Shown one piece after another: positions 21,271-31,513 of a DNA stretch of 64,000 nucleotides. A model generated the notes under the pieces. That model had not been told where the DNA came from. It made no database searches and was given only the letters and a program-made list of their open reading frames with translations. Both the position numbers and the translations under genes were made by a program. Each line of letters opens with the position of its first letter. Within the stretch, counting starts at the first letter, position 1. The stretch spans positions 226,447 through 290,446 of the forward strand of contig JBBIRR010000001.1 in assembly GCA_037441705.1 (NCBI GenBank). The letters are read 5' to 3'. Source of the stretch: Ignavibacteriales bacterium. Its GTDB lineage: Bacteria > Bacteroidota > Ignavibacteria > UBA10030 > UBA6906.

Positions 21271-22467
21271 TCAGTACCCCTTCCCAATTTTCTTCCGCCA
21301 TCGAGGGTAACGTTCGAGGACCTCTTGCGGCGCGTAGGTGTACCAGGCGTAGCCCGTGCGTCGCTCGCGCTCAACGTCGGCAAGAGAGTACACCGGTTTG
21401 CCATTGCGGTTGGAGAAGAGCGGCTTGTGCGTTTGCAACTCCGAAAAGCGCGGCCAAATCGGTGGGGCGGTCGAGTCCACGACGATCACCCGGTCGTCCC
21501 GCGATGTATGATGCGGATATTGTGTCGGCGCGGCTTCTACCGATTCGACGCGGATGCCGCGAAGCGCCGATCGCTCGAACCAACGCACGGCACTTTCCAC
21601 GGAATGGATGATGCGCTCATCCGGCTTCTTGAGCGACATCAGAAAGAGAACAATCTCCGCGCTTTCTTGATTGCCGAGAGATGCCAGCTCGAATGTGCGA
21701 GCCGGTCGGGGCGTGAAGTCCCGATGATCGTGCTGCTGACCCCACACGAGCTTCGCGCCATCCTCCTCGACCTGGCACTTCAGAATGCAGTCAATCCCCT
21801 TCTCGAAAGCCACGCGGACCTTTTCGCGCAAAGCATCATCCACAAAGGCATACTGCGGCTCGTTCTCGACGATTCGGTGCAGCACCTTCATCACTCCAAT
21901 CATCGCTCCGTCATTGAACGTGATGTATTTCCGGTAGCCTCCCGTATCGGGGTAGTACTGAGGCCATCCCCCGTTGTCATACTGCGCGGAGAGGATAAAC
22001 CTCAAGCCGCGCAAGCACGCCTCGCGGTAGCGTTCCAGGCGTGTCAGCGCATACGCACGAGCAAGGAATTCCACCTGCGTGTACGTGGCCCCGTTGTCGA
22101 AGGTGGTATTTGTAGCATTCTTCGCAGCGAGAACCGCAGCCTTCTGTTCCTCGGTCAGGACTGCCCGCATGTCGTAGTTCTTCGGCCATCCTCCGTTAGA
22201 TTTTTGAAAGAGAAGGATGTTCTCGGCAATCTCTCTCACATCGGAGGGCTGGTAGCGCGGCTGATCCGGCAGAGGCTCGACAATCCTGTCGTCGTCTCTG
22301 ATGAAGTACCAATGGCGCGCGCTGTCCTCGAAACCGCTCACGTCAATCGTCTCATGCTGCAACCGAGCAGCACATGCGTGCATCAACGCCAGGACAAGCA
22401 CACCGGCCGCAATCCGAGAACCGAACTCCATCGCCTTGCTATTTCCGCTCGTATTTTTTGATGACAA
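21271..22467 (-). CDS. Pectate lyase, PL10 family (PelA/Pel-15E-like)
   Basis: Signal peptide from the internal Met (MEFGSRIAAGVLVLALMHACAA). Repeated NGGWP motifs (LLFQKSNGGWPKNYDM, YDNGGWPQYYP) characteristic of the PL10 Pec_lyase domain. Confidence 0.7.
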   Translation of the reverse strand: MSSKNTSGNSKAMEFGSRIAAGVLVLALMHACAARLQHETIDVSGFEDSARHWYFIRDDDRIVEPLPDQPRYQPSDVREIAENILLFQKSNGGWPKNYDMRAVLTEEQKAAVLAAKNATNTTFDNGATYTQVEFLARAYALTRLERYREACLRGLRFILSAQYDNGGWPQYYPDTGGYRKYITFNDGAMIGVMKVLHRIVENEPQYAFVDDALREKVRVAFEKGIDCILKCQVEEDGAKLVWGQQHDHRDFTPRPARTFELASLGNQESAEIVLFLMSLKKPDERIIHSVESAVRWFERSALRGIRVESVEAAPTQYPHHTSRDDRVIVVDSTAPPIWPRFSELQTHKPLFSNRNGKPVYSLADVERERRTGYAWYTYAPQEVLERYPRWRKKIGKGY

Positions 22468-22873
22468 GATACTTTAGCTCTGTCTCGCCTATATTGCGAA
22501 TGCCGTGCTGGCTATTCGGCGGGCAGTAGAAACTTGTGTACGGGCCGGCGGTTCGTGTCTTTCCGTCGAGATAAAACTCTGCCGTCCCCTCCAACACAAA
22601 GAACACCTCATCTTCCGGATGCCGATGAGGCGGATGCGTTGCCTTCCGCGGGGCAACCACGCTCAGCTTGAGAGTTCTTCCATCGAGAAAATCCTTCCCG
22701 ACGAACCAATACTGATAGCCCACCTTTGTGGACTCGGCCTTTGCCGGATCGAATGCGTTCACGCAATCGTCAATCGTAAGGGACGTATGCTCCGACGACT
22801 GCGCGAAGCCTTCACGGAACCCGCCGACAAGCAGCAGGAAAACGATCAGCATATTCATCGCATAAACTCTCAT
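22439..22873 (-). CDS. Secreted cupin-domain protein
   Basis: Signal peptide (MNMLIVFLLLVGG). Cupin_2 His-rich motif (HPPHRHPEDEVFFVLEGTAEFYLDG...PPNSQHGIRN). Confidence 0.7.
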   Translation of the reverse strand: MRVYAMNMLIVFLLLVGGFREGFAQSSEHTSLTIDDCVNAFDPAKAESTKVGYQYWFVGKDFLDGRTLKLSVVAPRKATHPPHRHPEDEVFFVLEGTAEFYLDGKTRTAGPYTSFYCPPNSQHGIRNIGETELKYLVIKKYERK

Positions 22874-23098
22874 TGTGGTGCACTCAAATTACGCAAGAGA
22901 CGCGTGGGAGACAAGGTTGCGTTTGCCGCAGATCCAACACGACACCGGGAGTTAAGTAACCGGGGATTGACACGAAAGGAATGAAAGTCACACGCCTGTA
23001 GTGAACTTTCCGCAGGCGCAACTTTCTCGTTTGCGCCCGTATCAACTTCTGGAACGTTGCGCGGCTATTCATTTTTACACAACGAAAGGGACAAGACA

Positions 23099-23644
23099 AT
23101 GAAACTACTCGCTATACCATTTACTCTGCTGATTTGTTCAGCATTTCTCTGGTCCTCCTGCCGCACGGAGAGGGCATTGTGGATTGACGTGAGAGAAAGC
23201 GGAGGACGTACAACCATTGCCGTGACGGAAGGAATTGCCCGACGGCTTCTTGATGCCTCGGAGGGCAAGCTCAGTTTCACAAAGAAGAAGAACGAACTCC
23301 TGACGCGACAAATGCTGCGCGACGTATTGGATGGACGTGAGCGCGCCGTCACCGCGCGGGACGAACGAGGCACAGAAATAACCGTCTCAACGAAGCCGTT
23401 GAGCATCCCCGGACAGGACCGCGGGAAGAACCGACTCGTCCTCGATATTTACAAATCCGGTGAACAGACATTCCATCTAACGCTTCCCGATCTGGCTATC
23501 GAACTCGGCGACGAAGAAAAGAAGATTTCCCTTCACGCAGATGTAGATTGGAAGTCCTGGCTGCCCTTCCTCGCCAAAGCCGGCGGCGCCGTGTACATCA
23601 AGAACTACGACGAGGATGCGGAGTTATGGGTGTATGTGGAGTGA
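23099..23644 (+). CDS. Hypothetical lipoprotein
   Basis: ATG at 23099 gives MKLLAIPFTLLICSAFLWSSC, a lipoprotein signal peptide. No recognisable domain. The sequence is charged and Lys-rich, and GC is lower than in the flanking DNA. Confidence 0.45.
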   Translation: MKLLAIPFTLLICSAFLWSSCRTERALWIDVRESGGRTTIAVTEGIARRLLDASEGKLSFTKKKNELLTRQMLRDVLDGRERAVTARDERGTEITVSTKPLSIPGQDRGKNRLVLDIYKSGEQTFHLTLPDLAIELGDEEKKISLHADVDWKSWLPFLAKAGGAVYIKNYDEDAELWVYVE

Positions 23645-23710
23645 GGGCCGGAGAGCGGAGCACAGCCTCCCATCTTCGACAAATCGTCTTTACGAGACAA
23701 ATCCCTGTGG

Positions 23711-24931
23711 CTATCCTATAAGCGTCCCAACAGGCACGGCCCATAATCTCTTGCCCAGTTGTGCCGTCTGTGTACCGTTATAGGCGAGGATGGCAGCGCG
23801 ACACGAGGGGGTGATTGCAAGAAACGCCTTCAACGGCGCGAGATCGCTTTCTGACCATCGGGTGCCAGCTTTCACTTCGACGGCGATGCAATGTTTCTTG
23901 TACTCGATAACGAAATCCACCTCATGCCTTCCCTGAATGTGCCAGTATGCAATTCGTGCATCCGTGACGTGTGCCTCGAGTATAGCAGCCATGTTTTGCA
24001 ACACATATGTCTCGAACAGAACGCCTGCCATCGGTTCGTCGGCATCGAGGCGTTCAACGCCTGCAAGGTGGCATGCCAATCCTGAATCCGTCATGTAGAG
24101 CTTCGGCGACTTGATGAGCCGGCTGCTGCGGTTGCGAAGGAAGGGTGGAAGCCGTCGAAACAGGAACGATGTTTCGGCAAGCTGCATATAACGGTTGGCC
24201 GTCACCTGGGATAAGCGGGCATCGCGGGCAAGCTGGCTGATGTTGAGGATCTGTCCCGTGCGCAGCGCGGCAAGTTTGATAATGTTGCGAAAGCTGATGG
24301 TATCGTCAACGCGCGCAATTTCGCGAATATCCCTCTCGACGTATGTTTGCTCGAATCCGCGGAACCATACTGCTGCGGCATCCGCCGAAAGGTCTCGCAC
24401 GGCGGGCATGCCGCCTCGAAGAATCTCTTCTCCGCTGATTGGCTTCGCTGTATTACTTGAAGGATCACTATGGCCCGCCAACAACCGTACAAGAAACGGC
24501 TCCTTGCTCAACGCCAGGTGCATTTCACGGCGCGAGAAGGGGTGCATTGCAAAGTAGATTGCCCGTCCAGCCAGACTCTCCGAGATACCCTTGAGCAGCG
24601 CGAAGTTTGCCGAGCCGGAGAGAACAAATCTGCCCGGCGTACGGTCACGGTCCACCGCACGCTTGATCGCAATCAACAAATCCGGCGCTTTCTGCGCCTC
24701 ATCAATGCACAGGTGCCCGCCAGAAGAAAGAAGCGATTCCGGTTCCGACAGCGCGGCCTGCAAGCTTGCAAAGTCATCGAGACTGACGTACCGATAGTTC
24801 TTCAACAACGGGTCGTTCTGCAGGAAAGTCGTCTTACCGGTTTGCCTCATGCCCGTGATAACGACAACAGGCATCGTCTTGAGGGCCGGCGCTACGGCTG
24901 CACGTATTTCGCGGGAAATATAGGGTGTCAT
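23711..24931 (-). CDS. AAA+ ATPase, AAA_14/DUF4143 family
   Basis: Walker A GMRQTGKTT and Walker B HLCIDEAQ. The C-terminal DUF4143-like region is typical of this widespread ATPase family. Confidence 0.75.
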   Translation of the reverse strand: MTPYISREIRAAVAPALKTMPVVVITGMRQTGKTTFLQNDPLLKNYRYVSLDDFASLQAALSEPESLLSSGGHLCIDEAQKAPDLLIAIKRAVDRDRTPGRFVLSGSANFALLKGISESLAGRAIYFAMHPFSRREMHLALSKEPFLVRLLAGHSDPSSNTAKPISGEEILRGGMPAVRDLSADAAAVWFRGFEQTYVERDIREIARVDDTISFRNIIKLAALRTGQILNISQLARDARLSQVTANRYMQLAETSFLFRRLPPFLRNRSSRLIKSPKLYMTDSGLACHLAGVERLDADEPMAGVLFETYVLQNMAAILEAHVTDARIAYWHIQGRHEVDFVIEYKKHCIAVEVKAGTRWSESDLAPLKAFLAITPSCRAAILAYNGTQTAQLGKRLWAVPVGTLIG

Positions 24932-24991
24932 AATTCTATAGGGTGCTATGGCAAAATGCCACGTTAATATAGTGAATTATGACACGGCGAA

Positions 24992-26203
<1,212 letters not shown>

Positions 26204-26286
26204 GAGACGTCATTGACCAAAAGAAGAAGGGGCAAAACAGATTCGCCCCTTCTGAGAATACGCAATGTGTGTCACATTTCCTGGGC

Positions 26287-28071
26287 CTACAGTCTGTATC
26301 CCCCCATCTCCACCACGTTGTCCGAAATCGAACGGCGAAGGACAAACGTGTTGGTCGGCGTGTGTTTGGTGAGACGCCGGAGCGCGGCCAGCTGTGTACG
26401 CAGGGCGTCGCCTTCAGCGATGGCAGCGAGGACATTCGTCGCGTGATTTGCAACCCGACCGATTGCGTCGTTCACAAACACCTTCACGAGGTCAAGATAA
26501 GTTTGACTCGCAGCCTCACCATGTTTCTCAACTCGTTTCAGCACGCGCAACATGACGCTTTCCATCGCGTAGGTCTCCATCATCATGTCGGTGATGGCCG
26601 CAAGCACCTCCTGCTCATCCTGAATGGCCATCATATATTTCTGCGCAGCGGCACCCAGCATGAGCACCGTGATTTTCTTGGCATTGGTAACAAGCTTCTT
26701 CTCGTCGGCCAGCAGTCCGCCTTCGCCGTTGGCATCGAACGACGGGGTCATGAGTTCATCGAAGAGTTGTTTTGCATACCCGAAGAGATTCAACTCGCCC
26801 TTCGTCGCTCGCTTCAGCACCATGCCGGAAGCAAGCAGACGGTTGATTTCGTTCGTCCCCTCAAAAATCCTGTTGATGCGGGCGTCGCGATAGGCCCTCG
26901 CCATCGGGTACTCTTCGCTGTAGCCGTAGCCGCCGAGAATCTGCACGCCCTCATCCACAACGTAGTCGAGAATCTCGCTGCAATACACCTTCAGCATACC
27001 GCATTCGGCAGCATACTCCTCGATGCTCTTGAGGATCATCTTCGATGCATCGGGAGCCGACGTGTCAACACTGCCGACCAGCGCATCGATCATACCCGCT
27101 GTTCGATACACCATGCTCTCGCCCACGAATGTGCGGATGGCCATCTCGGCAATCTTGTGTTTAATGAGAGGAAACTCGTGCAGCTTCTTGCCGAATTGCT
27201 TTCGCTGATCGGCATACTTCACCGCTTCGGTGATCACATGCTTCGACGCGCCGACAGCGAACGCACCTAACTTGAAGCGACCGATGTTGAGAATGTTGAA
27301 TGCCACGAGATGCCCCTTCCCGATTTCACCGACAACATTCTCGACGGGTATTCGAGCATTATCTAACAGCAGTTGCCGCGTGGACGAGCCTTTGATGCCC
27401 ATCTTTTTTTCTTCAGCGGCAGTCGACACTCCGGGATACCCTTTTTCGATGATGAAGGCGGTGAACTTATCACCATCCACCTGAGCAAAGGTGATGTACA
27501 CATCCGCAAAGCCGGCGTTGCTCAACCACATCTTTGTGCCGTTCAGAATGTAGTATTTGCCGTCCTCCGTCAGCCGCGCGGTGGTTTTGGCGGAGAGGGC
27601 GTCGGACCCTGAGCCGGGTTCGGAGAGAGAGTAAGAGGAGATCAGCTCCGCGGTAGCAAACTTCGGCAGGTACTTCGCTTTCTGCTCGGGCGTGCCGAAG
27701 TAGACAATCGGCAGCGTGCCGATACCGGCGTGCGCGCCGTGGCTCACGGCCCACGCACCCGTGGGGCCGATCTTTTCGGCGACGATCATCGAGCTGGTTT
27801 TATCCAGACCGAGACCGCCGTACTCTTCCGGGATGTCAATGGCGTTCAGTCCCAGCTCGCCCGCTTTACGCAAGAGCGCAACATTCAGCTCGTGCTTCAT
27901 TTCATCGATCTCATGCACGTACGGCATCACTTCGCCGTTGACGAAGTCTTCCGTCGTCTTCGCAATCATCTGATGCGTCTCGGTGAAATCTTCCGGTGTG
28001 AAGATTTCGTGCGGCGTGAACTCGCGGAGAAGAAACTCGCCGCCTTTGGTGTAGGTCGTTTCTGTTACCAT
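26287..28071 (-). CDS. Acyl-CoA dehydrogenase, long form with C-terminal extension
   Basis: Start at MVTETTY (ATG 28071); the upstream 62 codons are Arg-rich noise. ACAD N-terminal, middle and C-terminal domains (YGGYGYSEEYPMARAYRDARINRIFEGTNEINRL), followed by a ~150 aa extension seen in FadE-like enzymes. Confidence 0.85.
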   Translation of the reverse strand: MVTETTYTKGGEFLLREFTPHEIFTPEDFTETHQMIAKTTEDFVNGEVMPYVHEIDEMKHELNVALLRKAGELGLNAIDIPEEYGGLGLDKTSSMIVAEKIGPTGAWAVSHGAHAGIGTLPIVYFGTPEQKAKYLPKFATAELISSYSLSEPGSGSDALSAKTTARLTEDGKYYILNGTKMWLSNAGFADVYITFAQVDGDKFTAFIIEKGYPGVSTAAEEKKMGIKGSSTRQLLLDNARIPVENVVGEIGKGHLVAFNILNIGRFKLGAFAVGASKHVITEAVKYADQRKQFGKKLHEFPLIKHKIAEMAIRTFVGESMVYRTAGMIDALVGSVDTSAPDASKMILKSIEEYAAECGMLKVYCSEILDYVVDEGVQILGGYGYSEEYPMARAYRDARINRIFEGTNEINRLLASGMVLKRATKGELNLFGYAKQLFDELMTPSFDANGEGGLLADEKKLVTNAKKITVLMLGAAAQKYMMAIQDEQEVLAAITDMMMETYAMESVMLRVLKRVEKHGEAASQTYLDLVKVFVNDAIGRVANHATNVLAAIAEGDALRTQLAALRRLTKHTPTNTFVLRRSISDNVVEMGGYRL

Positions 28072-28093
28072 AGGGTGACTCCTTTTCGTTTCG

Positions 28094-28555
28094 TCAATCT
28101 GAATGGATGTCCTCCACTGAGGAGTGAGCGCTCTGATGTTCAAATGCCAGAATCTTCTTTCGCAGCGTCTCGGGAACGGGAATCGCCATCTTCTTCTCGT
28201 AGTCGTATGTGACCTGCACCGTCGAGCCTTCGGCAACCAGCTGCCCCGTTCCTGCATTTTCGATTCGATATTCCATGCGAAAACTCCGTGTGCCGAACTC
28301 CGATACCCGCACGAACACTTTCAGTTCCTCAGCGGCATGCACGGGCGCCTTGAACGTGACGGTTGCCTGGGCAAGAATGAACGGAAGCTGACGCGCAGCC
28401 TCCGTCATGTCAATCTTGAAGAGGTTGAGGTAGTACATCATCCTTGCCTCTTCGAAGTACGTGAGGTACGTTGCGTTGTTCACATGCCCCATCGCATCCA
28501 TGTCCGCAAAGCGAACGGGGATGGTGACGGAGAATTTGAAGTCGGAGTTGCGCAA
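28094..28555 (-). CDS. Acyl-CoA thioesterase, 4HBT/hotdog fold (YbgC-like)
   Basis: VRFADMDAMGHVNNATYLTYFEEAR signature. The start codon appears to be non-ATG (TTG). Confidence 0.8.
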   Translation of the reverse strand: MRNSDFKFSVTIPVRFADMDAMGHVNNATYLTYFEEARMMYYLNLFKIDMTEAARQLPFILAQATVTFKAPVHAAEELKVFVRVSEFGTRSFRMEYRIENAGTGQLVAEGSTVQVTYDYEKKMAIPVPETLRKKILAFEHQSAHSSVEDIHSD

Positions 28556-28559
28556 AGGG

Positions 28560-28634
28560 ATTTGAGATTTTGGATTTGGGATTTTGGATTTTGGATTCTG
28601 GATTATGGATGTTGGATTCTTGGCCTTGGGTTCA
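28560..28634. repeat. Imperfect tandem heptamer array, about 10 copies of GATTTTG (minus-strand reading AATCCAA), in the thiolase-thioesterase spacer
   Basis: Direct reading: GGATTTGAGATTTTGGATTTGGGATTTTGGATTTTGGATTCTGGATTATGGATGTTGGATTCTTGG. The array ends at the thiolase stop codon and stops 4 nt before the thioesterase start. Confidence 0.8.
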
Positions 28635-29840
28635 GTTGATGAATTCGAAAATCCCTGCGGCGCCCATGCCGCCGCCTACACACATGGTTACCATGCCGTA
28701 CTTTGCTTTACGGCGGCGCGCTTCGTTGAGAATCTGGACGGTCAACTTCGCGCCGGTGCACCCGAGAGGATGACCAAGCGCAATGGCGCCGCCGTTGACG
28801 TTGACCCGTTCTTCATCCATCTCCATATGTTTGATGACGTAATACGCTTGCGATGCAAATGCTTCGTTCAACTCGATCAGATCAATCCGGTCGAGCGTAA
28901 GTCCGGCATTCTTCAACGCCTTCGGGATTGCTTTCACGGGGCCGATGCCCATCTCGTCGGGATGCACGCCGCCGAGGGCAAAGGTCACAAACCGCGCCAG
29001 AGGCTTGAGGCCGAGCATTTCCATCTTCCGCTTTGACATGACGATGACAGCCGCTGCGCCGTCGCTGGTTTGCGAGGAGTTTCCCGCCGTAACCGTGGCC
29101 GTCGGTTCCACGGAAAAGACCGGTTTGAGTGCGGCGAGTTTCTCCATGGTCGTATCGGGACGAGGGCCTTCGTCTGTATCAAAGATGATTTCTTTCGTCC
29201 GCTTCTTGCCGTTCTCGTCAATTGTCTTCTCAACGACTTTCAGGGGAACGATTTCCTCCTTGAATTTTCCGGCGTTGATTGCGGCCACAGCCCGTTGATG
29301 ACTGCGCAGCGACCATCGATCCTGCATCTCTCTCGTGATGTTGTAGCGCTTCGCCACGTTCTCGGCAGTCAGTCCCATGCTGAGATAGATATCCGGGAGG
29401 TGATCAACCATGTAGGGGTTTGCGGCGACTTTATTGCCTCCCATCGGCACCATGCTCATGCTCTCGGCGCCCCCGGCAATAATAACATCCGCGTTGCCGC
29501 ACATGATGCGCTCGCTGGCAAATGCAATGGACTGTAATCCCGACGAGCAGAAGCGATTGATGGTGGTTGCAGGAACCTCCACGGGCAGCCCCGCACGCAG
29601 AGCAGCAATCCGGGCGAAGTTCATTCCCTGCTCGCCTTCGGGAAAGGCGCAACCGATAATCACATCATCGATTTCTTTCGAGTCGAGCTGCGGGGTTCGT
29701 TTCAACAACTCAGCAATCACGGCCGCAGCCATGTCGTCGGGGCGTGTGTTACGCAGTGTCCCCTTGTTGGCTTTGCCAACCGCGGTGCGGACGGCACAGA
29801 CGATATGGGCTTCTGTCATGTATCTTCCTTTCTCATTCAC
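28632..29840 (-). CDS. Acetyl-CoA C-acyltransferase (3-ketoacyl-CoA thiolase)
   Basis: Thiolase active-site regions ([13 protein letters not shown]; [20 protein letters not shown]; [16 protein letters not shown]). Confidence 0.9.
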   Translation of the reverse strand: MNEKGRYMTEAHIVCAVRTAVGKANKGTLRNTRPDDMAAAVIAELLKRTPQLDSKEIDDVIIGCAFPEGEQGMNFARIAALRAGLPVEVPATTINRFCSSGLQSIAFASERIMCGNADVIIAGGAESMSMVPMGGNKVAANPYMVDHLPDIYLSMGLTAENVAKRYNITREMQDRWSLRSHQRAVAAINAGKFKEEIVPLKVVEKTIDENGKKRTKEIIFDTDEGPRPDTTMEKLAALKPVFSVEPTATVTAGNSSQTSDGAAAVIVMSKRKMEMLGLKPLARFVTFALGGVHPDEMGIGPVKAIPKALKNAGLTLDRIDLIELNEAFASQAYYVIKHMEMDEERVNVNGGAIALGHPLGCTGAKLTVQILNEARRRKAKYGMVTMCVGGGMGAAGIFEFIN

Positions 29841-29846
29841 GCATGA

Positions 29847-30695
29847 CTAAGGACTCTTCTTCGGCTTCATCATCCTGAATACTTCCTTCAACTTCTCTCT
29901 CGGCATCACCTGCGCTAATGTGTTGAACTGTCCCGATTGCAGCCGTTCGCCGCCGTCGATCGTCACGCACTCCCCCGTGATGTAGGAAGAGAGGTCGGAC
30001 ATGAGGAATGCGGCAAGGTTGGCAAGCTCTTCGTGTTGGCCGAACCGGCCAAGCGGGACTTTCTTCTTGTACTGTTCCACAAGTGAAGCATCGCCCGGCA
30101 TCAGTCTCGACCACGCACCTTCGGTGGGAAACAATCCGGGCGCGATGGCGTTGAGACGAATGCCGTACGGACCCCATTCCGTTGCGAGCGACGTCGTCAT
30201 GGCATAGACGCCCGCTTTCGCACACGCCGACGGCAGGACGAATGCCGAGCCGGTCTGTGTGTAGGTCGTGACGATGTTCAGCACGACGCCTGGTCGTTTG
30301 TTCTGGATGAGATACTTGCCGAAATGCTGCGTGCAATTGAACGAACCGATCAGGACAATATCCACGACCGCTTTGAAGGCATTGAAACTCAAGTCTTCGG
30401 AAGCAGAAAGAAAATTCCCCGCCGCGTTGTTGACCAGCCCATCGAGCGAACCGAATTCGCCGACGATCCGGGCAATCATCTCCCCAACTCGGTCATACTC
30501 CCGGACATCGACGACATGCGTGAGGACGGTTTTGCCGTTCGCGCCGATTTCTTTTGCTGCCCTGTTCAACTTCTCCTCCGTCCGTCCGCAAATGGCGATG
30601 CGCGCACCAAGCTCGGCAAAGCGTTTCGCCATCGCGAGTCCCAGACCGCTGCCGCCGCCGGTGATGAGAATGGATTTGTTGGAGAGTGTAAGCAT
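29847..30695 (-). CDS. SDR-family oxidoreductase (2,4-dienoyl-CoA reductase-like)
   Basis: ITGGGSGLGLAMA Rossmann motif and YAMTTSLATEW (catalytic Y-x3-K region), with DECR-like overall similarity. It lies within the beta-oxidation cluster. Confidence 0.75.
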   Translation of the reverse strand: MLTLSNKSILITGGGSGLGLAMAKRFAELGARIAICGRTEEKLNRAAKEIGANGKTVLTHVVDVREYDRVGEMIARIVGEFGSLDGLVNNAAGNFLSASEDLSFNAFKAVVDIVLIGSFNCTQHFGKYLIQNKRPGVVLNIVTTYTQTGSAFVLPSACAKAGVYAMTTSLATEWGPYGIRLNAIAPGLFPTEGAWSRLMPGDASLVEQYKKKVPLGRFGQHEELANLAAFLMSDLSSYITGECVTIDGGERLQSGQFNTLAQVMPREKLKEVFRMMKPKKSP

Positions 30696-30699
30696 TGTA

Positions 30700-31317
30700 G
30701 ATTGGACTCCACCTCACATGTGATTCTCAGGAAGGTGGAGTCCATCTGCCCGGTACTGTGATTGTTGCACAAACTCCTCCATTGATGGAAACATACCGAG
30801 AACATCGCTTGTTCGAACAAACGAGTTCTTTCTCACTCCGATATACTCCCGATAGCTTGAATATTCCCAATCCTCCAATTTCTTCACCAATCCACTCCGA
30901 AGAAAATCTTGACAGATCTACATCACCGCTGTCGCGAGGTAATCCTCGTGTTGCACAATCTTCGCCCCGGTGTGATGTTGGAACAAACTTCCATGCCGAT
31001 TGAATCGAGCGCTGATCGCCCTTGTGTGCCAGCTTAACAGCACACCAATATTCGCATTCACCGTTTCGACATTCTTCGTCATGACTTGAGCAACAAAGTG
31101 AAAATGCGTCGGCATCAGGCAATAGGCGAGCGTGTCAATCAAGCCACTTGCATAGTGAACGTATTTGCTGAGGAAATAGGAGTAGTTGCCGCGCTCTTTG
31201 AACACAATCTCATCGTTGTTTGAACGATTGTAAATATGGTAGTAGCAGTTCTGTTCGAGGTCCATGCGTTCTCTCCTATCAGATGGACTCCACCTCACGG
31301 AAGGTGGATTCCATCTG
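30700..31317 (-). mobile_element. Degenerate IS200/IS605-like (Y1 HuH, RAYT-like) transposase element bounded by palindromic REP-like hairpins
   Basis: Left hairpin at 30700-30750 (GGACTCCACCT...AGGTGGAGTCCATCTG). Right palindrome at 31280-31317 (CAGATGGACTCCACCTCACGGAAGGTGGATTCCATCTG). The two share the GGACTCCACCT core. Internal GC is ~45-50% against ~60% in the flanks. Confidence 0.65.
30714..31265 (-). pseudogene. Y1 (HuH) transposase pseudogene: catalytic-Tyr codon replaced by in-frame TAG
   Basis: The intact portion (ORF 30918-31298, ATG at 31265) reads MDLEQNCYYHIYNRS...AYCLMPTHFHFV...GSLFQHHTGAKIVQHEDYLATAVM*. Continuing in the same frame past the TAG gives ICQDFLRSGLVKKLEDWEYSSYREYIG...ENHM*. 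This aligns to the family C-terminus SRYIHLNPVKAGLV...EDWxYSSYRDY, with * where the catalytic Y should be. Confidence 0.6.
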
Positions 31318-31330
31318 AACTTGTGAGTCG

Positions 31331-31513
31331 TCAGCCTTTTTTCTCACTTGCTGCTTCGGTCGAATACGAAGCACTCAAATCGCGCACTGTTGTCTCAGTC
31401 TTCTTGAGAATGTAATCGATGCGCTCTTCTGGCCGCACTCTTGCCAGCTCGGAGGATACGGTCTCTTTCCAATCCCACACCTCGAGCTGCGCTTTAGATG
31501 TCTTCGGTTCCAT
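31331..31513 (-). CDS. Small hypothetical protein (60 aa) overlapping the 3' end of the PIN gene by 20 nt
   Basis: ORF only, no recognisable domain. Its position suggests a possible partner of the PIN protein. Confidence 0.3.
   Translation of the reverse strand: MEPKTSKAQLEVWDWKETVSSELARVRPEERIDYILKKTETTVRDLSASYSTEAASEKKG

Noticed and set aside
21184-22461. 425-aa plus-strand ORF
   Set aside because: Antisense to the PL10 pectate lyase gene, with a low-complexity Arg-rich translation.
28556-28640. CRISPR array
   Set aside because: The only tandem repeat in the window has 7-nt units with no spacers, so it is a simple sequence repeat rather than a CRISPR array. No cas genes are present.
30727-31122. 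131-aa minus-strand Cys-rich ORF and 81-aa plus-strand ORF inside the transposase element
   Set aside because: These are alternative frames of the decayed transposase region. The frame carrying YHIYNR...HFHFV and, after the stop, EDWEYSSYREY is clearly the ancestral coding frame.
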